Shown: piece by piece, positions 63,593-64,000 of the stretch
Numbering within the stretch: the first letter of the stretch is position 1
Layout: every line of letters begins with the position of its first letter
Source: Eledone cirrhosa
Lineage: Eukaryota
Reading direction: 5' to 3'
NCBI GenBank assembly: GCA_964016885.1
Contig: CAXHJY010001478.1
Span: 1 to 64,000 of the forward strand
Length of the DNA: 64,000 bases
Program-made: the position numbers and the translations under genes
The notes under the pieces: generated by a model
Told to the model about the DNA's origin: nothing
What the model saw: the letters and a program-made list of their open reading frames with translations, nothing else
Database searches by the model: none

Positions 63593-64000
63593 TCATGTGT
63601 CCATGTATTACAAGCATGTTATATAAGTATATTATATTTAAGTGAAGTATGTTTAGTTGCGGTTATGTCGTGTTAATTAATCAGTGATCAGTTTCGCATT
63701 CAATATACACAGGTGTAAGCACATATGTGTGTGTATGTGTACGTATTTATGTATCTATGCATCCATTATGTATGTATACAGTATGTATGTGTATATGTTT
63801 ATATGTATGAATGTGTGTATGCATTATGTATGTATGCATTTATGTATATATGTATGGATGTATGAATATGAATATTACATTACAAGAGTAATTTATGAAG
63901 GATGGAATGTAATATTGTTGAAGTGTTCCAAGAGCTGTAACTGTAGAACAGAACAATACACACTTCAATAGTTAACAGTTGAAGAGAAAGGCAAGACAAT

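Overview
AT-rich, repeat-dense animal genomic DNA; the SINE types and microsatellite content suggest an octopus/coleoid cephalopod (inference, not confirmed). The window appears to lie inside a minus-strand receptor guanylyl cyclase (NPR/ANP-receptor-like) gene. Three consecutive phase-0 exons of its kinase-homology region (48274-48176, 35709-35632, 15099-14995) were read directly from the sequence and are absent from the ORF track. Almost all long ORFs in the track are (TA)n artefacts. The introns contain a CR1/L2-type LINE 3' end followed by a ~10 kb degenerate (TA)n tract, a decayed 5'-truncated Penelope-like element (RT + GIY-YIG, Naiad-like) with a 3' hammerhead motif, CRE, RTE, hATm-like and Tc1/mariner-like remnants, and many tRNA-derived SINEs. 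The main finding is a set of at least five mostly unrelated short non-coding elements. Each carries a type I hammerhead ribozyme and lies next to (TA)n. Most are long head-to-head fold-back palindromes; one is a 310-bp retrozyme-like tandem array that flips orientation mid-array. Several share an ATACTC..GAGTA 3' hairpin tail. This looks like a Penelope-driven, TA-targeting family of fold-back ribozyme retroelements inside a host intron. All structures were found by eye; no folding, alignment or database search was run.
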